A stretch of DNA of 64,000 bases from Candidatus Eiseniibacteriota bacterium (GTDB lineage: Bacteria > Eisenbacteria > RBG-16-71-46): assembly GCA_963707915.1 (NCBI GenBank), contig OY970178.1, forward strand, positions 1,472,001-1,536,000. Direction: 5' to 3'. Below, in pieces: positions 32,306 through 41,903 of the stretch (positions within the stretch are counted from its first letter, which is position 1; each line of letters starts with the position of its first letter). The position numbers and the translations under genes are program-made. The notes under the pieces were generated by a model. It was not told the origin of the DNA, searched no databases, and saw only the letters and a list, made by a program, of their open reading frames with translations.

Positions 32306-33214
32306 ATGAGCGCGCGCGCCGCGTCATCCGCCCTGATCCTGTCGCTGCTGATCGCCCCCGGCTTCCTCCGCCCGGCCCAGGCCGGGCCCTGGCTGCCTGC
32401 GCCGGGCGACTACTACACCGAATTGCGCGGCGGGCTGCTCACCGCCGACACCTACCGCGACGACGCCGGGAACCGTGCCCTCCTCGGCGGCAAGTGGGAG
32501 GAGCGCTCGCTCCTCGGCACCGTCGAACTGGGCTGGAAGAAGCGCCTGAGCGTCGTGATGGGTGTGCCGTTCATCGGCGTGACCCGCATGGACGATGCCG
32601 GGAGCGCCGTCACCAGCACGGGCCTCGAGGACTTCCGCGGCGGGCTTCGCGTGGGCCTCCTGCAGGGTCCCACGGCCCTGGCGCTGGCGCTCGATTTCCA
32701 GGCGCCGCTGGGCTACGACCGGGACCTGTCGCTGCTCGCCGATCCGCTGCGCGGCGGCGCGATGCAGCAGGTCTCCTCCTCCCTCCAGTACGGCACGCGG
32801 CTGGCGAAGCGTGGCTTCCTGCAGGTCGGGGCCGGCGGGGCGTACCGCTACTCCTCGAAGGTCGGCAGGGCCCTCGCCGACGTGCCGGACGCCGCCAGCG
32901 AGACGCGCAGCACCCTGTTCCTCGCCTCGGCCGACCTCGGCCTGTGGCTGACGCGCTCGCTCCTGCTGTGCGGCCGCTACTCCGGAGCGACCACGCTGTC
33001 GCACGGAGCGCTGGCCCAGGACCGCGCGACGCACCTGGCGGGCCCGGAGCTGGTGTGGCGGGTGGACGACCGGCTCGACCTCGCGGCGGGTTCGTGGTCC
33101 ACGGCGATGGGGAAGAACACGCTTCACTTCGACCAGCTGTACGTCGCCCTGATTCTCAAGCAGACCCGGCTGAACCGGCTGCAGGGCTTCCTCGGCGGTA
33201 CCAAGGCTCCCTGA
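32306..33214 (+). CDS. Secreted protein, probably an outer-membrane beta-barrel
   Basis: GGAGG upstream; signal peptide (AQA-G); alternating beta-strand-like pattern. Confidence 0.6.
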   Translation: MSARAASSALILSLLIAPGFLRPAQAGPWLPAPGDYYTELRGGLLTADTYRDDAGNRALLGGKWEERSLLGTVELGWKKRLSVVMGVPFIGVTRMDDAGSAVTSTGLEDFRGGLRVGLLQGPTALALALDFQAPLGYDRDLSLLADPLRGGAMQQVSSSLQYGTRLAKRGFLQVGAGGAYRYSSKVGRALADVPDAASETRSTLFLASADLGLWLTRSLLLCGRYSGATTLSHGALAQDRATHLAGPELVWRVDDRLDLAAGSWSTAMGKNTLHFDQLYVALILKQTRLNRLQGFLGGTKAP

Positions 33215-33339
33215 GGGGATCCGCCCCGCCAGGGCGGATCGCTTCGCTCCGGGCGGAGAGCCCGGCCGGAAACCGTGGACCCTTCGCCCCGGTCGCGGGC
33301 CGGTTCCGCCGGCCGGCCGGGCCCTGAGGAGGACCGCCC

Positions 33340-35097
33340 ATCCTTGACCTGAGGCTGCGCCTCCTCCCCTACCTCGCGCGCTACCGGCGCGGCCTGGCGT
33401 GGGGGCTGGCGTGCGTGGCGCTCGCCGACCTGGTCGCCCTCACCCAGCCGCAGGTCCTGCGCCTCGCGGTGGACGACCTCTACCGCGGCGTCACGGCGGA
33501 GAAGCTCGGCCGCTACGCCCTCCTGCTGCTCGGCATCGCGGTGATCGCGGGCGTCTTCAAGTTCTGGATGCGCCAGGCGGTGATCGGCATCTCGCGCCAC
33601 GTCGAGTACGACCTCCGCAACGACCTCTTCGCGCACCTCGAGCGGCTGCCGATCGAGTATTTCCAGCGCGGACGCACCGGCGACCTGATGTCCCGGACCA
33701 CGAACGACCTCGCGGCCGTCCGCATGATGCTGGGACCGGGCCTGATGTACTCCGTCAACACCCTCGTGACGGCGCTGGCGTCGATGGGGTTCATGCTCGC
33801 GATCAACCCGCGGCTCACCGCGCTCGCGCTGCTGCCGCTGCCGCTGGTCTCGCTCACCGTCTGGTACTTCGGCGACCGCATCCACCGCCGCTTCGAGGAG
33901 ATCCAGGCGTACTTCTCCTCGCTCTCGGCGCACGCCCAGGAGAACCTGGCGGGCGTGCGGGTGGTGCGGGCCTTCGCCCGCGAGGAGCGCGAGCTCGAGG
34001 ACTTCCGCGCGCTCAACCAGGGGTACCTCGAGCGCAATCTCCGGCTGATCCACACGTCGGGGCTGTTCTACCCGATGCTCGCGTTCCTCTCCGGACTGGC
34101 GGCGCTGCTGGTGCTCTACCTCGGGGGGCGCGAGGTCGTGGCCGGCCGCATCACGCTCGGCCAGTTCGTGGCGTTCACGGTGTACATCGGCATGCTGAAC
34201 TGGCCGATGGTGGCGCTGGGCTGGGTCATCAACATCTTCCAGCGCGGCCTCGCGTCGTGGGAGCGCATCGTCGACGTGCTCGACGTCCCGCCGGTGGCCG
34301 CCGGTGGCCGGGCCGCCGCCGGGGCGCGCCCCGCGCCCGCCGTGGCCCGCGGCGAGGTGGAGTTCCGCCACGTCACCTTCACCTACCCGGGCGCGACGCG
34401 CCCGGCCCTGAGCGACGTGAGCTTCCGCGTGCCCGCCGGGCGGACCGTGGCACTGGTCGGGCGCACGGGCTCGGGCAAGAGCACGCTGCTCGCGCTGCTC
34501 GGCCGCACGTTCGAGCCGCCGCCGGGCACGGTGTTCCTGGACGGCGTGGACGTCCGCGACTACGACCTGCACGCGCTGCGCGAGAACCTGGCGGTGGCGC
34601 CGCAGGACACCTTCCTGTTCTCCACCACGGTGGCCGCGAACATCGCCTACGGGGTCCCGCACGAGGACCGCGAGGCCGTCGAGCGCGCGGCCCGGGTCGC
34701 GCATCTCGACGGCGACGTGCGCGCCTTCCCCCTGGGCTTCGACACCCTGGTGGGCGAGCGCGGCATCACCCTCTCGGGGGGGCAGCGACAGCGCGCGGCC
34801 ATCGCCCGCGCCGTCCTGCGGGACGCGCCCGTGCTGATGCTGGACGACTGCCTCTCGAGCGTGGACACCCAGACCGAGGAGGCGGTGCTGCACGGCCTGC
34901 GCGACGCGAGCGCCGGGCGCACCACGCTCATCGTCTCGCACCGGGTGAGCACGGTGCGGGACGCCGACGAGATCGTGGTGCTGGAGGACGGCGCGGTCGC
35001 CGAGCGCGGCACGCACGAGCGGCTGCTGGAGCTGGACGGCCGCTACGCCGCGCTCCACCGCCGCCAGCAGCTGGAAGAGGAGCTCGAGGCCTCGTGA
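33340..35097 (+). CDS. Heterodimeric ABC exporter, subunit 1 (MdlA/YheI-like); probable non-canonical ATC start
   Basis: TMD + NBD: GRTGSGKS, LSGGQRQR, degenerate Walker B LDD; frame open back to TGA at 33325; GAGGAGG 7 nt before ATC. Confidence 0.88.
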   Translation: MLDLRLRLLPYLARYRRGLAWGLACVALADLVALTQPQVLRLAVDDLYRGVTAEKLGRYALLLLGIAVIAGVFKFWMRQAVIGISRHVEYDLRNDLFAHLERLPIEYFQRGRTGDLMSRTTNDLAAVRMMLGPGLMYSVNTLVTALASMGFMLAINPRLTALALLPLPLVSLTVWYFGDRIHRRFEEIQAYFSSLSAHAQENLAGVRVVRAFAREERELEDFRALNQGYLERNLRLIHTSGLFYPMLAFLSGLAALLVLYLGGREVVAGRITLGQFVAFTVYIGMLNWPMVALGWVINIFQRGLASWERIVDVLDVPPVAAGGRAAAGARPAPAVARGEVEFRHVTFTYPGATRPALSDVSFRVPAGRTVALVGRTGSGKSTLLALLGRTFEPPPGTVFLDGVDVRDYDLHALRENLAVAPQDTFLFSTTVAANIAYGVPHEDREAVERAARVAHLDGDVRAFPLGFDTLVGERGITLSGGQRQRAAIARAVLRDAPVLMLDDCLSSVDTQTEEAVLHGLRDASAGRTTLIVSHRVSTVRDADEIVVLEDGAVAERGTHERLLELDGRYAALHRRQQLEEELEAS

Positions 35098-36968
35098 CCC
35101 CGCTCCAGGAGGAGGAGGCCTCGGGCCGGGGCTACGACCACCGCCTCATGCGGCGGCTGCTGGGGTACCTGCGCCCCTACCGCGGACAGGTGTGGCTCGC
35201 CGGGGCGGTCGTGATGGTCGACGCCCTGGCGCAGCTCGCCGGCCCGATGCTGACCAAGGAGGCGATCGACCGCGGCATCCGCCGCCACGACCTGGTGCGC
35301 CTGGACCAGGTGGCGGTGCTCTACCTCGCGGTGCTGCTGGTCAGCTTCGGCCTGGGCTACGTGCAGAACCAGATCATGCAGCGCGTGGGCCAGCGCGTGA
35401 TGATGGACCTGCGCGTGGCGATCTTCCGCCAGCTGCAGCGCCTGCCGCTCTCCTTCTTCGACCGCAACCCCGTCGGCCGGCTGATGACGCGCGTCACGAA
35501 CGACGTGGACGTGCTGAACGAGCTCGTCACCGCCGGCGTGGTCGCGCTGTTCGCCAACGTGTTCGCGCTGGTGGGCATCCTCGTCGTGATGTGGCGGCTG
35601 AACGCGGAGTTGCTGGGCGTGGCGTTCTCGGTCGTGCCCCTCATCTTCCTGGTGACGCTGACGTTCCGCATCAAGGTGCGCCGCTCGTTCCGCGACGTGC
35701 GCACGCGCCTGGCGCACCTCAACGCCTTCCTCAACGAGAACCTGACCGGCATGGCGACCGTGCAGCTGCTGAACCGCCAGGAGCGCAACCACGCGGAGTT
35801 CCGCGCCGTCAACGCCGGGCACCGGGACGCGAACCTGCAGGCGAACTTCTACCACGCCATCTTCTTCCCGGTGCTGGAACTGGTCAGCGCCCTCGCGGTC
35901 TCGCTCATCGTCTGGTACGGCGGCCGCCAGGTCATGTGGACGGGGATCACGCTGGGGACCCTGGTGGCCTTCATCCAGTACACGCAGCGCTTCTTCCGCC
36001 CCATCTCGGACCTGAGCGAGAAGTACAACATCCTGCAGCAGGCCATGGCCTCCTCGGAGCGCATCTTCGACCTGCTCGACACGCCGGCCGACCCGGCCGC
36101 CGCGCCGCCCGCGGCGGGCGGACCGGCGGGGCCGGACCGGCCCGGCGAGGGGGCCTTCCGCGGACGGATCGAGTTCGACGGCGTCACGTTCGCCTACGAC
36201 GGCGAGACCCGGGTGCTCGAGGACGTCTCCTTCGTGGTCGAGCCCGGCGAGAAGGTCGCCCTGGTCGGGGCCACGGGCTCGGGCAAGACCACGGCGGTGA
36301 GCCTGCTGATGGGCTTCTACCAGCCGCAACACGGCGTCATCCGCGTCGACGGCCGCCCGCTGGCGGAATGGGACATCCGCGGGCTGCGGCGGCACATCGG
36401 GCTCGTGCTGCAGGATCCCTTCCTGTTCTCGGGCAGCATCGCCTCGAACCTGGCGCTGGCCGACGCCACGCTGCCGCGAGAGTCCATCGTGCGGGCCGCG
36501 CGCGAGGTGCACGCCGACCGCTTCATCGAGCGCCTGCCGGGCGGCTACGACGCCGAGGTGCACGAGCGCGGCGCGACCTTCTCGGCGGGCGAGCGCCAGT
36601 TGCTGGCCTTCGCCCGGGCCCTGGCCGCCGACCCCGGCGTGCTGGTGCTGGACGAGGCGACCTCCTCGGTGGACACCCAGACCGAGGCCCTCATCCAGGA
36701 CGGCCTGCGCCGCCTCATGAGCGGGCGGACCTCGCTGGTGATCGCGCACCGGCTCTCCACCATCCAGGACGTGGACCGCATCGTGGTGCTGCACCACGGA
36801 CGCGTGCGCGAGATGGGGAGCCACGCGGACCTGCTGGCGCGCGGTGGCATCTACGCAAGGCTCTACCAGCTCCAGTACCTCGGCGACCGCAGCCTGCGCG
36901 CGGCGGCAGGCCCCGGGCCCGGGCCCCGGGCCGCGTCCGCCGTTGACACCGGGAACCTCGCGCCCTAG
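35094..36968 (+). CDS. Heterodimeric ABC exporter, subunit 2 (MdlB/YheH-like)
   Basis: GATGSGKT, FSAGERQ, LDEATSS, IAHRLST; GTGA overlap with subunit 1. Confidence 0.92.
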   Translation: MTPLQEEEASGRGYDHRLMRRLLGYLRPYRGQVWLAGAVVMVDALAQLAGPMLTKEAIDRGIRRHDLVRLDQVAVLYLAVLLVSFGLGYVQNQIMQRVGQRVMMDLRVAIFRQLQRLPLSFFDRNPVGRLMTRVTNDVDVLNELVTAGVVALFANVFALVGILVVMWRLNAELLGVAFSVVPLIFLVTLTFRIKVRRSFRDVRTRLAHLNAFLNENLTGMATVQLLNRQERNHAEFRAVNAGHRDANLQANFYHAIFFPVLELVSALAVSLIVWYGGRQVMWTGITLGTLVAFIQYTQRFFRPISDLSEKYNILQQAMASSERIFDLLDTPADPAAAPPAAGGPAGPDRPGEGAFRGRIEFDGVTFAYDGETRVLEDVSFVVEPGEKVALVGATGSGKTTAVSLLMGFYQPQHGVIRVDGRPLAEWDIRGLRRHIGLVLQDPFLFSGSIASNLALADATLPRESIVRAAREVHADRFIERLPGGYDAEVHERGATFSAGERQLLAFARALAADPGVLVLDEATSSVDTQTEALIQDGLRRLMSGRTSLVIAHRLSTIQDVDRIVVLHHGRVREMGSHADLLARGGIYARLYQLQYLGDRSLRAAAGPGPGPRAASAVDTGNLAP

Positions 36969-36971
36969 CCT
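36943..36971 (+). promoter_or_regulatory. Candidate sigma-70 promoter for the XRE regulator
   Basis: TTGACA-N17-TAGCCT. Confidence 0.5.
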
Positions 36972-37018
36972 GCGTACAGGATCGACCTTCTCCTCACCGA
37001 ACCACAGGGAATGTGACC

Positions 37019-37630
37019 ATGCAGCTCGGCCGAAAGATCAGGGACCTGCGCCTGCGCCGCGGCCTCACGGTCCAGAAGCTCGCCGACGCGACCCACCTGT
37101 CCAAGGGCTTCATCAGCCAGGTGGAGAACGACCGCACCTCGCCCTCGCTGACCACCCTGCGTGCGCTCGCCGGGGCCCTGCGGACGTCGATGGCCTACCT
37201 CGTCGTCGAGGACGACCCGACCCTGCACGTGGTGCGCGCGGCGGAGCGTCCGCTGGCCCCGTCCGACGGCGACGCGACGCGGATCGAGGTGCTGTCCGCC
37301 CTGCCGAAGCGCAACCTCGAGCTGCTCGTCCTGCAGCTGCCGGCGGGCCTGCCGCCCGGGGGACAGCGCCACTCCCACCCCGGCGAGGAGTGCCTCCTGT
37401 GCGTCGAGGGGCGCGTGCGCGTGCAGCACGGGGAGCGGGAGCTGGTGCTCGAGACCGGTGATTCCTGCCACTTCGACGGCCGCGTCCCGCATTCGACCGA
37501 GAACCTGGGCCCCGCCCCGGCGCGGCTGCTCAGTGCGATGACGCCGGCGGCGATCGAGCCGGTCCCGCGCGTGGACGGGACGCCGGCCGCGCCGCAGGGC
37601 GAGCCCGTGGAGACGCCGACCTCGGGATAG
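37019..37630 (+). CDS. XRE-family HTH regulator with cupin domain
   Basis: LGRKIRDLR…LSKGFISQVEN…SPSL; HSHPGEE…GDSCHFD…PH. Confidence 0.9.
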   Translation: MQLGRKIRDLRLRRGLTVQKLADATHLSKGFISQVENDRTSPSLTTLRALAGALRTSMAYLVVEDDPTLHVVRAAERPLAPSDGDATRIEVLSALPKRNLELLVLQLPAGLPPGGQRHSHPGEECLLCVEGRVRVQHGERELVLETGDSCHFDGRVPHSTENLGPAPARLLSAMTPAAIEPVPRVDGTPAAPQGEPVETPTSG

Positions 37631-37704
37631 GTTGCGCGCCGCGGCGCACATGCCTACGGTGAGACGTCGACTCCACGCAGGAGGCCGCTTCCCTGGAGGC
37701 AACC

Positions 37705-38079
37705 ATGATGCGCTTCCTCTTGCTGGTCCTGTTCGCCTTCGCGCTGTGGTACGGCTGGCAGCACCGGGGCGAGCTGCTCAACCGGCGCTCGGGCCACGAG
37801 GCCGTGGTCGAGAACATGAGCGGCCGCGAGATGACGCGCGTGCGCGTCAGCGTCGGCGGCCAGACCTTCGTGAAGGAATCGATCCCCGACGGCGAGAAGG
37901 CCGTATTCCCGTTCCGCGTGGCCGCCGACGCCACGTTCGAGCTGGTCTGGCGCTTCGCCGGCGCCGCGAACGACCGTTCCTGGTCGGGCGGCATGGTGCC
38001 CCGGGGGCCCATGCTCCAGCGGCACATCATGACCGTGGACGCGGACGGGACGGTCTTCTACCGGCCGGAGAACAAGTAG
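37705..38079 (+). CDS. Small exported or membrane-anchored hypothetical protein
   Basis: GGAGG SD, N-terminal hydrophobic helix, host-like codon usage. Confidence 0.75.
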   Translation: MMRFLLLVLFAFALWYGWQHRGELLNRRSGHEAVVENMSGREMTRVRVSVGGQTFVKESIPDGEKAVFPFRVAADATFELVWRFAGAANDRSWSGGMVPRGPMLQRHIMTVDADGTVFYRPENK

Positions 38080-38145
38080 GCGCGTCGGGGCCGGACGGCG
38101 CAGGGCTGAACGCCGGGTTGACGCGGGGGCCGGAGGCCGGGCGGC

Positions 38146-38218
38146 GCGGGGGCCGGGGACCACGGTGGGGCGAGCGCATGGTGCCTCTGCTCGCCCCACC
38201 GTGGTCCCCGGCCCCCGC
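38146..38218 (+). repeat. Intergenic hairpin element, copy 2
   Basis: Perfect 30-bp stem with loop GCATGGTGCCTCT; between convergent genes. Confidence 0.9.
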
Positions 38219-38241
38219 TGCTCGGCGCCTGTCCTGCCGGG

Positions 38242-39984
38242 CTACGCGACCGCGCTCGTCTTCTTCTCGGCGGTCTCGGCGGAGAGGTTCTGGCGCCGGA
38301 TCTTCCCCGTGGTGGTCTTGGCGAACTCCTCGCGCCGCACGATGACGCGCTTCACCCGCTTGTAGGGCGCCAGCAACTGGCAGCGCGTCTCCACCTCCCG
38401 GCGCAGCGCCTCCTCGGCGTACGCCTCGTCGAACGCACGGCCCTGGCTGCGGGCCAGCGCCCCGAGCGCCTGGAAGTCCGGGAACACGTGGGCGTGCACC
38501 TCCTCGCGCTCGCCGCGCGCGTCGCGCCCCCCCACCACCACGACCTCGAGGATGTAGGGCGAGTTGCCGAGGTGGATCTCGACCTCCTCGGGGTAGATCT
38601 TCTTCCCGGCGGCGGTCGCGATCATGTTCTTCACGCGACCGGTGATCTTCAGCCGGCCGTCGGAGAGGATGCGTCCCAGGTCCCCGGTCAGGAACCAGCC
38701 GTCGCGCAGCACCTCGGCCGTGGCCTGCGGATTGCCGTAGTAACCGAGCATCACGTTGGGACCGCGCACCATGATCTCGCCGTCGCCCTCGGCGTCCGGC
38801 TGGTCGATGCGCACCTCGATGCCCGGGAGCGGGTGCCCCACGCCGGCGGGCTCCGGCCGGTCCGTGCGGTTGGCCGCCACCACGGGCGAGCACTCGGTCA
38901 GCCCGTACCCCTCGGCCACCGGGATGCCGAGGTTGACGAAGCCCCAGAACACGCCGCGGGGCAGCGCGGCCGCACCCGAGACGAACAGGCGCATGCGCCC
39001 CAGGCCGGCCTTCGCGCGCAACGGCCGGAGCAGCCGCGCGCCGAGGCGCGCGCCGGTCAGCCGGCTCGCCAGCCACACCACGAGGAGCAGCCCCTTCACC
39101 AGCAGCCGGCTCCCCAGCGGCGCATCGGCGATGCCGCGACGGATGGCGGCGAGCAGCTTCTCGTAGAGCAGCGGCACGCCCACCAGGATGGTCGCCTGCG
39201 CGGTGCGCAGGTCCTCGCGCAACTCGTTCGACTTGAGCCCGCGGGCGTAGGCCACGCTCCCGCCCCCGCGCAGCGGCACCAGGAAGCCGATCGTGGTCTC
39301 GAAGGTGTGGTGGAGCGGCAGCACCGAGAGCATGCGGTCGGCCGGCCCGTAGGGGATCGCGCTCATCAGGGCCTCGACGTTGTGCAGCAGGTTCGAGTGC
39401 GACAGCATCACCGCCTTGGCCTGCCCGGTCGTGCCCGAGGTGAAGAGCAGCACCGCCAGGTCGTCGGGCGCGGCGCGCTCGGGGCGCGGACGCTCGTCGG
39501 GGAAGCGCTCCAGCCCCGCGGACCAGGAGGGCAGGTCGTCGGACGGGTCGAGCGAGAACAGCCGCAGGCCGGGCAGGCGCGAGTCCCGCGCGCGTTCCAC
39601 CACCGGGCGCTGCCGGGCGCTCACCACGCAGAAGCGCGCCCCGGACTGGACGAGGATCTCGCCCACCTCCTGCTCCTTGAGCAGCGCGTCCAGCGGCACG
39701 ACCACCGCCCCCGCCTCGAGCGCGGCCAGGTAGGCCAGTCCCCACTCCGGGCGGTTCTCGCTCTGGATGGCGACGCGGTCGCCGGGCTTCACACCCTCCT
39801 GCTCGAGCAGCGCCGTGAAGGCGTGCATGCGGCGCGCGGCCTCGGAGAAGGTCCAGGGCTCCCAGCCCGCCGGCGTCCAGCGCAGGAGGAAGGAGGCCTC
39901 GCCGTAGCGCCGGGCCGCGAAATCCGCGAGTTGCGGCAGGAGGCGAACGACGGGCCGGGGCGGGCTCTGCGAGACCGAAGGCAC
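38242..39984 (-). CDS. Long-chain acyl-CoA synthetase (AMP-binding)
   Basis: LFTSGTTGQAK, EGYGLTE, VMLGYY, TGDLG, GRVKNMI; start approximate. Confidence 0.9.
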   Translation of the reverse strand: MPSVSQSPPRPVVRLLPQLADFAARRYGEASFLLRWTPAGWEPWTFSEAARRMHAFTALLEQEGVKPGDRVAIQSENRPEWGLAYLAALEAGAVVVPLDALLKEQEVGEILVQSGARFCVVSARQRPVVERARDSRLPGLRLFSLDPSDDLPSWSAGLERFPDERPRPERAAPDDLAVLLFTSGTTGQAKAVMLSHSNLLHNVEALMSAIPYGPADRMLSVLPLHHTFETTIGFLVPLRGGGSVAYARGLKSNELREDLRTAQATILVGVPLLYEKLLAAIRRGIADAPLGSRLLVKGLLLVVWLASRLTGARLGARLLRPLRAKAGLGRMRLFVSGAAALPRGVFWGFVNLGIPVAEGYGLTECSPVVAANRTDRPEPAGVGHPLPGIEVRIDQPDAEGDGEIMVRGPNVMLGYYGNPQATAEVLRDGWFLTGDLGRILSDGRLKITGRVKNMIATAAGKKIYPEEVEIHLGNSPYILEVVVVGGRDARGEREEVHAHVFPDFQALGALARSQGRAFDEAYAEEALRREVETRCQLLAPYKRVKRVIVRREEFAKTTTGKIRRQNLSAETAEKKTSAVA

Positions 39985-40017
39985 GAAGCCGAAATTAGCA
40001 TCGGCTTCTGAAGAGGG

Positions 40018-40731
40018 TCAAGGGGCGATGCGCGCCACCACCACGTGCGTCACGACCTCGTTCGAGCCCGACCACAGCCGGTCCATCAGCTCGGCGAACG
40101 ACTGCACGAGCACGTAGAGCAGGCGCACGGGCAACTCGGTGAGGAACCGCCGCCGGCCCCGGTTGAGGCGGTTGAGCCAGCCCAGGACGGAGAGCCCGAC
40201 GTAGCCGGGCAGCCGCCCCAGCGGGAGGACCTCGACCGGCTCGAGCCCGGCGTCCGCCAGCAGCCGCTCCACGCCGGGCCGCGTGAAGCGCCACATATCC
40301 GGCGAGCCCCGGTAGACCGGCACGGTCTGCACGAACTCGACGATGAGCACCCCGCCCGGGGCCAGGACGCGCCTCATCTCCGCGAGCGCCCGGACGGGCT
40401 CGCGCACCAGGTCCATCACCGACAGGCTCAGCACGGTGTCCACGCTGCCGGTGCGGATCGGCAGGCAGGAGGCGTCCCCGAAGACGTCGGGGCGGGCGCT
40501 GTGGTACTCGGGGGAACCGGGCAGGTCCAGCCCCAGGTAGCGCTCGGCGAAGCCGCGGAACAGCGGCGCGAACGGCCGCGAGCCGCACCCCACGTCGAGC
40601 AGCGTGCCGTGCGCGTGGCGGCGGGCGCGCTCGAGCCCGCTCACCAGCTTGTGGTTGGCGAGCCAGTTGTAGCGCCACACCGACCAGCGGCCGCAGGGCA
40701 GCCGGCCGTCGAACCCCGCGCCCGGGCTCAC
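40018..40731 (-). CDS. Class I SAM-dependent methyltransferase
   Basis: LLDVGCG, GDASCLP, RRVLAPGG, DMWRFT. Confidence 0.85.
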   Translation of the reverse strand: MSPGAGFDGRLPCGRWSVWRYNWLANHKLVSGLERARRHAHGTLLDVGCGSRPFAPLFRGFAERYLGLDLPGSPEYHSARPDVFGDASCLPIRTGSVDTVLSLSVMDLVREPVRALAEMRRVLAPGGVLIVEFVQTVPVYRGSPDMWRFTRPGVERLLADAGLEPVEVLPLGRLPGYVGLSVLGWLNRLNRGRRRFLTELPVRLLYVLVQSFAELMDRLWSGSNEVVTHVVVARIAP

Positions 40732-41798
40732 CCGGGCCTCCGCCCGCCCGCGGCCAGGTCGCGCACCTTCGCATCGGTCAGGAACACGGCGCCATCCTCG
40801 CACAGCCCGCGCAGCAAGTCGCGCAGCGCCGCACGGCCGGCCGCGGACCAGGCGGGGTCGAGGTGCGCGTAGTTGTGGCGGTGGCTGCTCACGACCGCGG
40901 GCCGTCCGAGGCCCCACGCGGCGCGCGCCGAGGCCCGCGCCCGCGCGGCGCCCAGGCGCGACCCGGGCGCGGCGTCGCCGCGCGGCTCGAAGGCGATGCG
41001 CGGCGGCATGCGCAGGAGCCCGCCGCTGCGCTCCGGCCAGCGCCAGCCGTGCCACAGGCGACGCAGCCGCGGCCAGCGGCCGGCGTGCTCGGCGGCGCCC
41101 TGCAGGACGGTCGCGCCCAGCCGGGAGGCCTGCGCCTCGAGCACCCGGTCCCAGCGGTAGTCGGGCGGGCACAGGGACGCTGGCGGGCGGCCGAAGCGCC
41201 GCGCGAAGAGCGCGAACGCCTGTTCGAGGGAGCGCGTCCGGAGGGCCTCGGGCTCGGACGCGTCGTACTCGCCGCTCGCCTCGACCGCCTCGCAGACCGG
41301 GCACTGCTGGGCGAGGGCCAGCCGCGCGTCGGCGTCGCCGCGCCGCAGGGCATCCAGCCAGGCCCGCGCCGGCAGGTGGTGCAGGCCGTGGAGCTCGGGC
41401 CACCAGACCCCTGCCGCGATGCTCTCCCGCACCTCGTCCCACAGCCCCTCGCGCCGCCAGCGCGAGGGCGCCTCGGGGTGGACCGCGAGCGGCAGCGCGT
41501 CGGCCACGAAGCCCTCCCGGGCCAGCCGTTCGAAGTCGGGCGAGGCCATCACCGTATTGGCCTGCCACACCGGCGGGGCGCCGTCGGCGCCGCGGAACTC
41601 GAGCAGCGTCTCGCGCAGTGCGCGCACGTCGGCCGCGCTCTCGAGGGTGGAGCGGCCGTAGACGCGCCCGGCCGCGCTCGCGAAGGCGGGGGTCGAGGCC
41701 AGCGCCCGGTGCGCGGCCTCGTCCGCCGACCAGGCGCAGAGTCCCCAGTCGTCGCTCTCGAGGACGACCGCCCGCAGGCGGCCCCAGTCGGTTCTCAC
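40728..41798 (-). CDS. Polysaccharide deacetylase-like protein
   Basis: ESDDWG, PELHGLHH, PPDYRW, SSHRHNY. Confidence 0.6.
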   Translation of the reverse strand: MRTDWGRLRAVVLESDDWGLCAWSADEAAHRALASTPAFASAAGRVYGRSTLESAADVRALRETLLEFRGADGAPPVWQANTVMASPDFERLAREGFVADALPLAVHPEAPSRWRREGLWDEVRESIAAGVWWPELHGLHHLPARAWLDALRRGDADARLALAQQCPVCEAVEASGEYDASEPEALRTRSLEQAFALFARRFGRPPASLCPPDYRWDRVLEAQASRLGATVLQGAAEHAGRWPRLRRLWHGWRWPERSGGLLRMPPRIAFEPRGDAAPGSRLGAARARASARAAWGLGRPAVVSSHRHNYAHLDPAWSAAGRAALRDLLRGLCEDGAVFLTDAKVRDLAAGGRRPG

Positions 41799-41903
41799 GT
41801 GCGGCCCTCGTTCATGGCAGGAGGCGGACTATAGCACGGGGTTCGCGCGTCCGTGCCCGCCGATGCTTGCGTCGCGCCGCGACGCCATGCCAAGGTCACC
41901 CGC

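Noticed and set aside
34770..36670. Degenerate Walker B and signature motifs in the ABC pair
   Set aside because: Normal asymmetry of heterodimeric exporters
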